A program made the position numbers and the translations under genes. From positions 1 to 44,712 of the forward strand of contig VJWM01000351.1 in NCBI GenBank assembly GCA_010909165.1: 44,712 nucleotides of DNA, written 5' to 3'. The notes beneath the pieces were generated by a model, which was given only the letters and a program-made list of their open reading frames with translations, was not told where the DNA came from and made no database searches. This DNA comes from Anthoceros angustus (lineage: Eukaryota > Plantae > Anthocerotophyta). This document shows, piece after piece, positions 1-11,732 of the stretch (position 1 is the stretch's first letter; each line of letters opens with the position of its first letter).

Positions 1-686
1 TGACCAATTGCGGTCGACCTTAGCGGCAGCCAATGCGAGTTAGCCAGTTAGCAGCCAATGGCATGAGACAGCCGCCGGCATAGCGGCCAATGGCGGCCGG
101 GTCATCTTGACTTAGCGCCAATGGATTCGTGTACCGTGTATGTCCATTGTTTGCGAGACAATGCACGATTCAGATCACGCTTGGCACCAATCTAAGCTAA
201 ATTAATATATACCATTTTTCATTTGATTGATCATAGCGTATCAGAATGGCCAAGTAGGCTGAGAGCGGGCATGGAGTAGGTAGGGCGACGTGGAGCAGAG
301 CGGCAGCGTAGACCATGGCAATAATAGGGTGGAGGGGGATAACGATGGCGTTGGTGTGTGGGCCCCATGGCTTTGGCCCATGAGGGCTTTTGTCTCCATT
401 GGCCAGCTCTCTAGGAGCTTGTTGTTCGTAGAACTTCCGTATTCCGGACTGCTGTGTGGAAACGGAGGCGTCCAGTCTTCGGTTCTCAGTGGTCTTTCTA
501 ACACCGCCGGGCAGGTGTCGACGGTTTGAGGCGCGATAGTACACCACGGATTAGGAGGGACATCAATCGTTTCTCGACTGCAGGGCTGTGTGACTTTTTC
601 ACGTTCTAGCGAAAGTCCACTTCTCTGCCGATTCCCGTGGGACGAGGGGATGCTCGTTCGAGGAGTAAGAGGGCATTTTAAAGGCT

Positions 687-1500
687 ATGAAGGAGGACTT
701 TGAGGCCATAATACCTCAGGGCCTTCAATCCTGGTTGGAGGACTTGGAGGTGGCCACCAAGGTGAAGGTCTTGGAAGAGGCCCATGCTCGTGTGCACAAG
801 GAACTGAAGAAATCAAAAGCAGACATCGAGTCTCTAAAGGTTGATATTGTGTCCTTGCAGTTATCTAATGGAGACTTGGCCCATGTGTTACAGCAAGAAG
901 AGGCTTCACGGCATGCAAATATTCAGGCTCTTCATGACTCTGCCGAGGACTCTATGCTTAAATTGGTTAAAAAATCCAATCAAGAATACTTCAACTTCAT
1001 CTGCAATGATATCTCCAAGCAAGTTCAGCAAGAGCACCGAGCACGTCCTTCTGTGGAACCTGCCCATACATATGTTGCAATAACTTCCCCTGCTATTGTC
1101 AATGCAACTATTCCAGAGTCACGTAATCGTGATAAGCGATCAAGGAATCTCCGTATTACAAGTATTTCTAGTGATACACTTGAGGGTACTGTGAGGAATT
1201 TTCTAGCTCACACTATTAAAGTCAATGTCCATTTTGAACATGCTTAGAGAGTTGCTAAGGACCACTCTCGTCCTCCGACTGTCATTGTTCACTTCCACTC
1301 CCTTGAAGACAGGCTGCAAGTGTTTCGGCAGCGTACTTCTGTGAAAGGCTTGAAGGTTGTCGTCAACCCAGACCTCACCCCCATCCAATAGGCCACAAGA
1401 AGGATCATTTGCTACTATGCAAGCAGGCAAAATCGGAAGGACGAGTGGCATATTTCATTGACGACGAGCTGATTATCAGGGACAATGTGCGAGGCCGGCC
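687..1500 (+). pseudogene. LINE ORF1 (coiled coil plus L1-type RRM/CTD-like region), with stops and a frameshift
   Basis: Coiled-coil N-terminus, then RNLRITSI, RPPTVIVHFHSLEDRLQVF and VVVNPDLTPIQ. In-frame TAG at 1245 and 1388; after a frameshift it continues AKSEGRVAYFIDDELII. Confidence 0.8.
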
Positions 1501-2024
1501 TCCTCCACAAGAAAGCGAGGCCCATAATGTTGTTGTGTACCTCCGCCTGGTGTCCTGGAATTACGATGGTTCTATTTTCTCTAAACCTGGTGGAATTCTT
1601 CAGGTCCTTACGAGCCATAACATCGTCTTCTTGGTAGAAACCCATGAGCACCATACCCGTTTTATGCCTTTTCCAGGTTTTCAATGTCTTTCCTCTTTTT
1701 AACATCATGTCCCTAGTAACTCGGACAAGCCCTTTATAGGTATCGTCTGCTATTTCCATGAGTCCCTTGCTGCCTTTATCTCTCTAGTTAGGATTGATGT
1801 GCAAAGCACCGTTCTATGGGTCATGATTTCCGTCTCCCTTCTGTCTTCAATGCATGACCTTTATGTGGGTGTTTGTTATTTTCCTCCCCGATCCTCCAGA
1901 TATGCTGCAAACGGTGTCGATCCATATGTTAACCTCTCCCAATTTGGGCCTGAGTTTTCTTCTATTGCTGACATTCTCCCTGTTTGCGATTTCAGCACCT
2001 GGATTAGTTGCCAGAAAGCTTCTA

Positions 2025-2300
2025 TTTATGATTGTACAAACTCTGACAAATGATTCGTGCTGGAACCACAGGATCTCGGGCTCAACAGGTTTTCTGCCCA
2101 CACCCATGATGTCAACGCCTTATTACAGCTTGCTGAGGCTCACAGTCTCCTCATCTCTAACGTTTATGATTGTACAAACTCTTACAAATGATTCGTGCTG
2201 GAACCACAGGATCTCGGGCTCAACAGGTTTTCTGCCCACACCCATGATGTCAACGCCTTATTACAGCTTGCTGAGGCTCACAGTCTCCTCATCTCTAACG
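2025..2300 (+). repeat. 138-bp tandem duplication inside the LINE endonuclease region (2025-2162, 2163-2300)
   Basis: Two adjacent copies; one substitution seen (ctctgac vs ctcttac). Confidence 0.95.
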
Positions 2301-3150
2301 GTCTCCCATGCTGGCCGGACAATTGTAGAAATACCAACACTTGTACATGCCTGCAAAAGGCCTATATTGCGGCGATGGTCATACTTCTAGCAGACTATTT
2401 TTGTGGGATGGAGGGATCCCTCCATCCCAAAAAAATATTGCTCCTCGCCACCCCTGGTTTGATGCCAATTGTAGGTGCATGCGCTCCCAATTGCACCAGA
2501 CCCTCCACCAACTCCAACTTCCACCTGCGTCTCACCACTCTCCTCTCTATAAAGCCACTATAAAGCCTTATAAGACCTTCCTCTCCATGAAACAGGCTCA
2601 ATTCTTCCAAACCAAACACAATCGTCTCAGCTCCCTCTTGCAGACATCTCCTGGTGGCTCTGCCTTCTGGAAGGAATTCCACTCTAGGTCTCCTGTTCTC
2701 CTCAAAGCTAATCCCAAACTTCTTTCCTTTGTTGATAGACTTTACCATATCCCCTCTTGCTATCCCCGATCCTAAGTCATCTAATTCTGGTCTAAGGTTT
2801 TTTTCGACGGATCTCGTCACTAGAGTCATTAAGGAGCTTCGGACTGCTATGGATCCTGCTGGCATCCCTGGAGACCTCTTTCGTTATAACAAGGTCTCTA
2901 GAAAGACGGCTCCTGCTCTAATTTTGAGGTGTGAAAAGGGGTTTGTTTTTCAGGTGAAATGGGCTCTTTTAAAATTCTACTTAAAATGATGTATGAAGAA
3001 TGAAGAGTTTTCAAATGAAACCGTGCATTTCAAGGTTTGTTTACTAATTTTCCTTTTTCCTCTATACTATATGACCTACCCTAAAAAACACGCCATAAGA
3101 TTTGAAGATAAATACCGTGTAAGTCATTTGCACATTTTCACACCAAGATT

Positions 3151-4881
3151 TCAATAAGCGTTCACATAAGCGCTCACATAATAAATAGGAAAGTGTTTAG
3201 CGTTCACATGTAAATAGGAAAGTGGTGGGAGCGATTCACCAAATAAACGACTCGACCCGGACATCCCGGTGCAGCGCCTTGGATTGAAGTCAAAAGGGTT
3301 TTGATTTAAATATCCGGACACACGGTGCAATGTTGCTGCCGCGGTATGATGCCTTTGGTGCTTGAGCCGGAAATCGTGCCTTTCCCCTTCTGGTGGGACA
3401 TGGCGATCGTCTGCCATTGGCGTTGAATAGCGAATGTATTCACCCCATCGCCTCGCGCTCATCCAAAGTGCTTACAACGTCCCGCTGGCGGGTCTTATTC
3501 GGATGGGGTTTGGATGCAAAGCCATTCGCTTCAATTCAGACCATGCTCCTAGCGGAGATTTGGAATAAATGGACCTCAAGGATTTGGTTCACCATCATGT
3601 GTCCGTGCGACAAATGTCTATCGCGTATATGGGTAAACAAGGAATGTAAAAGAATTTGCGGTGTGGTCATCCACCGTTTCGATTTACCAATCGTTTGATT
3701 GGATTGTCAATGAGCAAATGTTTGACATCCCTACGTGAAGAGTGCCAATGCTCAAACATATGAATCTTTGGAGGAGCTAGCGAAGAGCCACGTTGAAGCA
3801 GGATAGCACCGGACAGCGGTGCACCGGTGTCGTTAGGTTGGTGTGCGGACATGTATGCCTCACTACAAGTCAAAGCACAAATCTTCTTCGAGTCCAACAA
3901 GTAAGCATAACTATGCTTGTCAATCGGGTCCTCCACGCATCCCAAGCGATTCGGATGCTAGATATTGTTTATGGTTGTCCACCCATGCGCTGGCCTCGTG
4001 CATCCACCTCCCCTCCAAACATGCATTATACATCGCGCTGGAAGTTAGACTTGCTCTCCAGCAGGGCAAGCGTCATCAAAGCCGATATCACCAAGTTGAA
4101 TCCCTATCCATAGCAACCACCCGATCCCCTGCGGAAGCGGTCCATCCGGGTCCCGAGCTGCGTGTCGTCCACACTGAAGCCGATTTTCCAAGTAATTCCT
4201 CACGATGCCGGCGTGGTTAATGCAGGCGGCCTGACCCGCATCTGCAGCAGGGAGGATGTCGAGGCATGCGCCCGCTCCTCTCCCCCACTCACTCTCATCC
4301 AACCCGCTCCCCACCTGGCCGTGATCACGCCCCGTCTCCCTTCATCGCAGCCTTGACCGTGGACCCCATAAGCCCCTGCTGGCCTTACCCGACCTCCCCA
4401 CTCCAGGGGAACATCCTTCCGGGCGCGTCACTTGTGGCAGCGCCAGCGTGAGAATCCCGAGCCCTTTGCGCTCCAATTCCACCTCCGCCTCGGATCCAAG
4501 ACTCTACCCCTGCTGATGAATTAGGGCATCCGGCAAACCCCCGCCTTGGCGGCCACGAGGCTCCGTCATCGTCTTGAGCTGCCTCCTGCCTACCACACGC
4601 TCCAATTCCCCTCGGCCCCCTACCACGCTGCACGCACCTTCCAGAACCCTCCCGCCACCACAGTCCGGCATCTCCCTGCCGCACCTCGGCTCACCGACTG
4701 TTGGCCGCCCGTGGGTCACGGACTCCTCAGCTAACAGCAGCCGGCGGGAAGGGCCTTGCCCGCCTCCCGAGGAGGAAGCGAGCCGGCACACATGGATCTG
4801 CGAGGATGACAAGCCTCCATGCACCGCATCACCGCCGCCGCAGTGTGGAATGGGTTTTGCATCTGAAGGCCTTGAGGCCAC
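3151..4881 (-). pseudogene. Long degenerate reading frame inside the TIR element (candidate transposase, unassigned)
   Basis: ORFs 4504-4881, 4045-4314, 3667-3945 and 3151-3462 share one frame (about 577 codons, roughly 9 scattered stops). No diagnostic motif was confidently recognised. Confidence 0.4.
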
Positions 4882-5699
4882 ATTTACCCTCTATGTCGTT
4901 ATAGTCCTGGGATTCGATCCCAAGGGAATGGTGTTGTGTCAGGTGTGCTAAATCTATGGATTCTAGACACCGTCGCTCACTACCCCACCTTCTCCCACTG
5001 CCCACCACCATAGTAGACTCGGCCACCGCGGTGGCAGTTCGGCGTGGCGGGCCCGCCTTCTTGCGGAGTCTATTCGTCCGACTTCTCTAACACGGACCTA
5101 GGGCTATCGGACACCTATCGCCTCACCTTACAGAATTTACGATCCTACCACCACTTCCACTCCCCTCACGCGTTTCGATTTTCCCTCACACGCTCTCACA
5201 ATCCCTCCCGGTAGCGCACACAACTACCCCTCAGGAACCTTTCCCTTCCCAATGAACTCTCCCTCGTCTGGGCCACAGACCCCTTTCCCTTGGCCACAGA
5301 CCCTCCTTGGCCACGGACCCCTCTCTCATGGAATGAACACACAGTGGTTGGAAAGAGGATCGGGAAAACCCGGTCGGCTTGGGCGATTCGCCTTCCGGAT
5401 TCCGCCTCGGCCGTCGCGGCACTCCTACCTCTTTTGCCGGCTACCTTCCGTTACGGGCGTGGAGCTTGGCCACTCCGCTCTCGACCATCCGAGATCTTCC
5501 GGCCTTCTTGTGACGAGAAGGCGGTCGCGAACGTTTGATCGACGTCTCCAATCAACCCCACTCGGCGGTTCGATACGGAAGTTCACACAAATCGTCGAGA
5601 GACACCCGGAGGGTCTCTTATACATCGTGGTCCGACTCACTTCTCTTAGTGTCTAAAATTGTAGCTCCTACCACGGCGCCTTACCAATCTAAGCAACAC

Positions 5700-8180
5700 A
5701 GACTCTGGTGATGGAACTCCCTATCCTCTACGAAAAACCCGGTCCTAGGCTATCGCGACTCCTAAAATCAGCCGCCTCCGATTCTTTGCCTCGCCCCTCG
5801 GCCCATGGGGACCCCTCTCGCTCTTGACCTCGCCTCGATCCAGCGATTTTCCCCACAACCTCCACCTCGCTCTCCTTTGCTGAATTTCCCTCGCGCCTTC
5901 CAGCGGACGTTGCCTTTGTGACCTCTATGTCCATTGTCCGCTCCTCCTCATTTGGACAACCATACCGTGTGCTCCTCCCTCCATGCTCGCTGCGCCTCGC
6001 TCATCTCTTCCGGCACCACTTGCGGAGGATAGGCCCGCTCCTACTCGAAGGAACCCAGTAGCGCGTGCGGTCAAGATGTCTGACCGGTGGTTTACGCCCC
6101 TCCTGTCCCAACAACCACATACACGTTTAGAGTGAGCACCGCTCACCATGCGGTGCCGAGGACATGAGCATCCTCATCCGGACGCCGTAGCTCGCCCTTC
6201 GTCTGAGGTCCTTACCCTCTCCTCCGTGGACAATCCACGGGCGGCTGTTGATTCTCCGGGGATCATCCCTCCATCTGCGACACTCCGTCGGTGACTTCCC
6301 CACCTCGGTTCCCGTTCCACGGTGGCTGGTTTAGCCACCGTGGTGGTTACACGGTGGTTGTTTGGCTCCTGCGGTGGGCATTGCTCGGCCTTTCTTGGTT
6401 TGGCCACCTCTCTCTTGACTCGGCTCCGTCTCTTTCCGCTTGTACCTCTCCGATTCTTGAATTTCTCCAAGGCGCCATCGCTTCCACACACTCTGGACTC
6501 GCGAGACCTCATCTTGAAGCTCTTCAATTGTAGCATCGCCCCTTGACTGATTTACTAAAGCTTCTGCTGAGTGGACATGTGTCCTTGCTCCTGTGCCTTG
6601 CATAAGGCCGCCGCACTCCGTCTGCGCTCCTCGGCCGCCTTGCTCTCGCCTTCAGGCTCTCCAACTTCTCCTTGAGCAACTTCTCCTGTTGGCCTTGCAC
6701 TCGGCCAAGTGAGAGCCATGGTGATCGAGGAGATCCGCTGCGTCGTGCCATGGCGAAGTCAAACCACCGCAAATCCCCAAATTGGGCTGTCCCTTGCCCA
6801 TCCGCCTCCACAACAATTCTCGTGTCTGACGGTGTCTCCTATCCCCACCTCGGTAGGACGGTTCGGTGAAATGTCGCCAAAAATGTCCGGGCTCGTTCTT
6901 GGTCTCGGCTGAAGTTAACCCCTCCTCTCCTAGGGGTTGATGCCTTGCCTCTTCTCGCTTCATTCTCCCCTAGCGGTTCATCACACAGGAGGAGCAACTT
7001 GCCATTTCCCTTTACTTTTCCTCCTTACCCGCGTTCTGCTGTAGTCTTGACTGGTGACCACAGGTGTGGGTGGGTTCCTCCTCTGCAGTGCCCTCCCTTC
7101 TTCGATCCCGTTCGGCCGTTGCGCCCTTCGCTTCTTACCCTTGAAACTTCCCCACCCTCTTAGAACCTTCCAGAGCGCACTCCCAAGCTGCTTTGGAATC
7201 CTTGCGAATCCTCCTTCAATTCCTCCTCTTCTACCTTGAGTTCACTGCTTCCAACCATGCGGGCGGACCGACTTCAACTCAGTTAAACACCGGAATGTAA
7301 ATACATGAATCGGAAAAGGCGAAATCAAGGAGGGGGAAGAAGAGAGTAAATTCGCCTTCTCCTCCAGGCTCTTTCGAAAATCATCCTCCCCAATCAATTT
7401 GTGTACCCTTGACCACCTCGTGAAGAAAAACCAAGAAGTGATCCGCCATATGATCCGACGGTTACGTAGGAACACAAAATCCATTTGGCCAATCCCACAG
7501 TGCGAACACGAGTTGGCGAGTCACCCGACCATTGTTCACTCTCACTTCCCGGGCTTCATGCGGCCTGCGGCTTTCAAGGTCTTCTTTTATTTGGGGTCAA
7601 TCACCAAGCTCCCATCCTCGATGCTTCGCCCATACTTTGCTCGAAGAGGGCCAAATCCAGATTCTGCGGCCTTTTCCTCGCGTCACCCTCTTGCGACTTG
7701 GTCCTTAATTGCGGGCGCACTCTTGCACCAATGCGTGTCGTAGCACCATTTCTTCTCCATGAACTTGAGACCCGGCTCACGCACGGTGCCGGCTCTCACT
7801 TTCCGATGGTCCATGTTGGGCCCCGTGCGTTGAGATTTCGCGGCTCGGCGCCATCTCCTTCTCTCGTTGTCTCCCAAAACAAAACCTCGACTACCCTGCG
7901 GATCACGGTCGGAAGAGAAAAAAAATCGGCCGCCCTCGCGCTCCTTCCACGCCTCCTCGCGAACTTGCGGCGATTTCTCTCCTCCGCGCCGCTCTGTCGA
8001 TCGTCGCGCCTTTTCCTCCTGCCCATGAGGCGGTGATTTGGCTGGCGTCGTGTGCAGCGCGCCCCTCTTCTGCGCTCGCTCCATTGCCCCTCACGGAAAG
8101 TCGCGACCTCGTGATCTTGGGTGTGCCCTTCTCCCGATTGCGCTCCGTGGTAGTCCTCCGCCACTAGGGTTGTAAATTCC
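5700..8180 (-). pseudogene. Frameshifted retroelement accessory-type ORF nested in the TIR element
   Basis: Composite frames read DFFSLPTVIRRVVEVLFWETT...GLAKWILCSYVT...HFLVFLHEVVKGTQIDWG-RMIFERAW, then a charged coiled-coil-like region. The resemblance to Ty3 accessory ORFs is by pattern only. Confidence 0.4.
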
Positions 8181-9387
8181 ACAGTGCATGCGTCCGTTTC
8201 TCGGCCACCGTGGTGGAACTAGCCACCACCCACTTGACTACTGGCATGGCATATTGTGAGCATCCCTAGCATATATAGACACCTTTTATTCTAAAAATTC
8301 CCAATACCCAAGGACTCTATTTCTACCCCACCCTCACAGGGTCAAACCTAAGGGTCGAAAAATTATTATTATCTCCAAGGGCCAAGGACCATTCCGTATA
8401 AAAGACACTCGACGATTCTCAAAGCACTCTGCTATTCTAACACACCCAAAACAAAAAAATCGTTCCACGACACTTGAGGCGGGGTTAGTTCACATGTGGT
8501 CTTCCACACACATGTGGTCGGAGGCCGGCCGGGGAATCGAGAGAGCCTGGAGACGTGGGAGTGGCGGGTGTGAGCCAGGGGGTCCGTCTGGGCGTCGCGG
8601 CGGAGCACACGCCAGCGGCGAGGCAAGCGGGCGAGTGCAGCGGCGGCGAGGCGGAAGGCGTGATCGTCGGATCGTGTGGCGATGCCGATGCCAAAGCGAT
8701 TGCGGTGTTGGTGGTGTGCGGGGTTCCGTGTCTCGAGTCCCGACATAGCCCGGCCACCATTTCGATTTTCAAGTGGATAAGTAAATCCTTACGAAAGGCA
8801 AGGAGGGAGTGGCGCCGGACGTCCGGTGCCACCAGCGATTCGAAAGCGGATATTACTTCCTTGCTCGCGTTTTCTATTCCATACGATTCGAGTGTGTACA
8901 AGTGGATATGTTGGTTTGAAATTACTAGGATATTTATACTCAAATTGAAATTGGTTCCTTGGAACGATTTTTTAAATAGCATTGGCGTGTAATAAACTTG
9001 CACGAACGAATATATAAAATAGCCTTCAGTCATTATTGTTGGTCAAGGCGAGGTTTGGAGCAAGGCATATTGATTACTAACGGTACAAATGTGCGATTAA
9101 AATATATTGCCCGATGTGGCTGGATTTCGTTAAAAAACAGCGAAAAAGGCTTTTTTTTTCAACCAGGTTCAATCCCAAGGAGCTTCGAGCAGGGTCCGTT
9201 GGCATGAGGAACCAGTATAAGGTGCTTTTCACAAAGGTGGGCCCATTGAAGAGTGTGTTTTTTGGGTCTTGTTTGGGGGCAAACCCTTAAAAGAGGGTTC
9301 CGTTTTCATTTTAGAGGTCACAGTTGGCCTAAACGACCTCGGTCTCTAAAAAGTGGAGCCTGTCCCTACTTCTTAGGAGACCTTGTT

Positions 9388-11230
9388 TTATGCTGACCTT
9401 GTCTCACTCTCGCCTCACCTTGCCTCCCTTTTCAATGATGCTCTCCATCGATTTCCAGATAGCTGGTGTGAGAATCATATTCATTCAATTTTGAAGGCTA
9501 GTGACCCTTACCTCCCTTCCAATTATCGGACTATAGAGTTCATTTATGCCAAGATTTATAGCTCTTGTTTGGAGACTCTCACCACTTCTTGGGCCGAGGA
9601 GACTAAGGTGCGTGCTCAGGGTAAGGCTGGTTTTTGCCCTCACCGGAATACTATGGACAACATCTTTACTCTCAGGGCTATTGTTGACGAGGCGCGGTCT
9701 TAAAAGAAACATGTCCATTGTTGTTTTGTGGACTTCAAGAGAGCCTTCAACTCTGTGCCTTGGGTTGAAGTCTTTGAAGATGCCTCCACACCTCTGGCAT
9801 GCTGCTACTCTTTTGTATTCTCGTGTTTTTGCCGTATCCAGACTCCCCCTAGCTTGGCTGCTCACAAGATTCCCATCTAGCTTGGCGTCAGAGAGGGTGA
9901 CCCATTATCTCCTAATCTCTTTGTTTTCTATATTGATGAGCTTGAGGAGTGGCTTCTTGCAACATTTGACTGCAGTCCCCGTTTGTTCCTTAACAATATT
10001 TCGATCCTACTTTATGCTGATGATATTGTCCTTTTCTCATACATCGCTAAAGGTTTCCAAAGGCAACTTGATGTGCTCTCTGACTTCTGCATTGTCAAGG
10101 GTCTTTCTGTTAATCTTTGCAAGACAAACATTATGAGGTTCAATTCTGGGGACTATAATGACGTGGGTAATTCTACTATCAAGGAGAGAGGTGGAAATGG
10201 TTCACTCTTATACTTACCTTGGAGTCATGATTTTCGGCCCCCGGTTTAATTGCACTGCTTTTGTTCCTCTTATGCTACTCAAAGTATCGTCTTGGCATGC
10301 GCTCTCAGACGCTTCTTATACTACAAGCTGCATATTCAAGATATCAACCTCCGGAAGCACCTATTCAATTCTTTGATAATCTCATCTACCATGTATGGCA
10401 CAAAACTCTGGGGCCCTGATCTCTTGCCTTCTTCTTGGCCTAAGGTGGAAAAAGTATAGGCTTCTTTCCTTCGTGCTCACATCGCCTGTAACCGCTCTAC
10501 CCATGTTCATGTCCTTCTCTCTGAATTTGCCACCATTCCCTTAGAACTTGATGGTCTCTTCCGTCTCTCCTCTTTCTTTTACCACCTCCACTTTCTTGGC
10601 CAACAAAACTCTCACCTCCCTCCTTACCTTCTCCTTGGTTTTCGGTCTTCTAGATCTTTCTGGGCTGATGGCTCTATTTCTTGTTGGTATGCCAAGGCCT
10701 CCATGTGGCTGAAGCGATAGCACTTTAGTCCTTCTACTCTCCCTATTTGGCCACCCTTCAATTACCTGATCCCCCTCCGACCCTCCCCTCCACACCTCCC
10801 CTCTAACCACCTTATCTGTAAGGCAATCAAATTTCGATACCTTCGCCTTACTTGGTACCCTTTTCCCTCTGCAACACCTCTTTCCACCAAGCTTCTTTAC
10901 TATAAGGAGCACTTTCATGTGATGTCTCTCTCTAGCTTCCTGAAACTTCCACTCTACCTTAGTTCCCCCCTGTCTTTCAAGCTTCGCTCTTTATTTGGTC
11001 AATTTTGTGTCAGCTCCCATCAGCTCTAGGTTGAGACTGACCGCTGGCTAGAGCCAGCCCCTCCTCGGGAAGACCGTGTTTGCAGCCTTTGCTCTTCTAC
11101 TACGGAATGCAAAATGCACCTTTTATTTTGTTGCCCTTCTTTTAACGACATCTGGGCTAAATTCTCTATCCTTTTTTAATGTGCAGGTTTTTCCTTGTGC
11201 CGCTTTTTTTCCTTTCATATTCCCAAGCTC
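9388..11230 (+). pseudogene. LINE ORF2 3' part: reverse transcriptase plus C-terminal CCHC finger
   Basis: Motifs PSNYRTI, FVDFKRAFNSVP, LGVREGDPLSP, LLYADDIVL, VNLCKTNIM and YTYLGV. C-terminus VETDRW...REDRVCSLC...HLLFCCP at about 11030-11140. Confidence 0.92.
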
Positions 11231-11239
11231 TCTGCTCTA

Positions 11240-11730
11240 TGTCTTTCTGAGATGATCATAGGTTGTCCTTGCTTGGCCCCCTGTAACTTTCTTGTCTTTT
11301 CTCCGCATTTAATTCTCTCTGTTTCTGTTCCTCTAGTTTAGACGTACGTATCTGCACACCCTCCTTCATGATCCAATTTCTGAGATGCTTGATCATAGGT
11401 TGCCCTTGCTTGGCCTCCCGTAACTTTCTTGTCTTTCCTCTGCCGTTTACTCCCCCCGTAACTTTCTTGTCTTTCCTTCGCCGTTTACTCTCCCTGTTTC
11501 TTTCTTGTCTTTCCTTCGCCGTTTACTCTCCCTCTCCTTGTTTCTTTCTTATCTTTCCTTCGTCGTTTACTCTCCCTGTTTCTTTCTTGTCCTTCCTTCG
11601 CCGTTTACTCTCCCTCTCCCTGTCTCTTTCTTGCCTTTCCTTCGCCATTTACTCTCCCTGTTTCTATTTCTCTAGTTCAGATGTACGTATATGTACACCC
11701 ACTTCATTCAATTTAGAGTGTGTGTACACC
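11240..11730 (+). repeat. LINE 3' UTR with a segmental duplication and an about 33-35-bp pyrimidine-rich minisatellite (TTTCTTGTCTTTCCTTCGCCGTTTACTCTCCC-like)
   Basis: The ctgagatg...atcataggttg...cttgcttggcc block occurs at about 11246 and 11380. About 6-7 minisatellite units lie at 11420-11660. Confidence 0.85.
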
Positions 11731-11732
11731 CT

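Larger units (their letters stand above)
560..2887 (+). mobile_element. 5' part of degraded RTEX/RTE-like LINE (5' UTR, ORF1, APE endonuclease and linker of ORF2); 5' boundary approximate
   Basis: ORF1 is followed by ORF2 motifs LVSWN, IVFLVETH, LYVGVCYFPP, degenerate GDFN (ILPVCDFS), PWFDANC, FWKEF and GIPGDLFRY. It is interrupted at 2888 by a TIR element and resumes at 9388. Confidence 0.9.
2888..9387. mobile_element. 6.5-kb TIR DNA transposon-like element, 11-bp TIR AACAAGGTCTC, 4-bp TSD TTAT; superfamily unresolved
   Basis: 2888-2898 AACAAGGTCTC is the exact reverse complement of 9377-9387 GAGACCTTGTT. TTAT flanks both ends (2884-2887, 9388-9391). Removing the element and one TSD restores the LINE frame GDLFRY-ADLVSLSPHLASLFN. 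Confidence 0.9.

Noticed and set aside
1-550. CCAAT-rich start and short ORFs (197-547, 241-504, 290-529)
   Set aside because: No recognisable domain, splice pattern or element boundary; left unannotated.
5270-5325. Three short GGCCAC(A/G)GACCC repeats and a palindromic CCACCG(C/T)GGTGG motif (also about 5023, 6336, 8205) as possible LTR boundaries
   Set aside because: No paired LTR, PPT-TG junction or TSD could be established.
8485-9033. 182-aa minus-strand ORF as the transposase N-terminus
   Set aside because: Could not be joined in frame to the 3151-4881 frame, and no motif was found.
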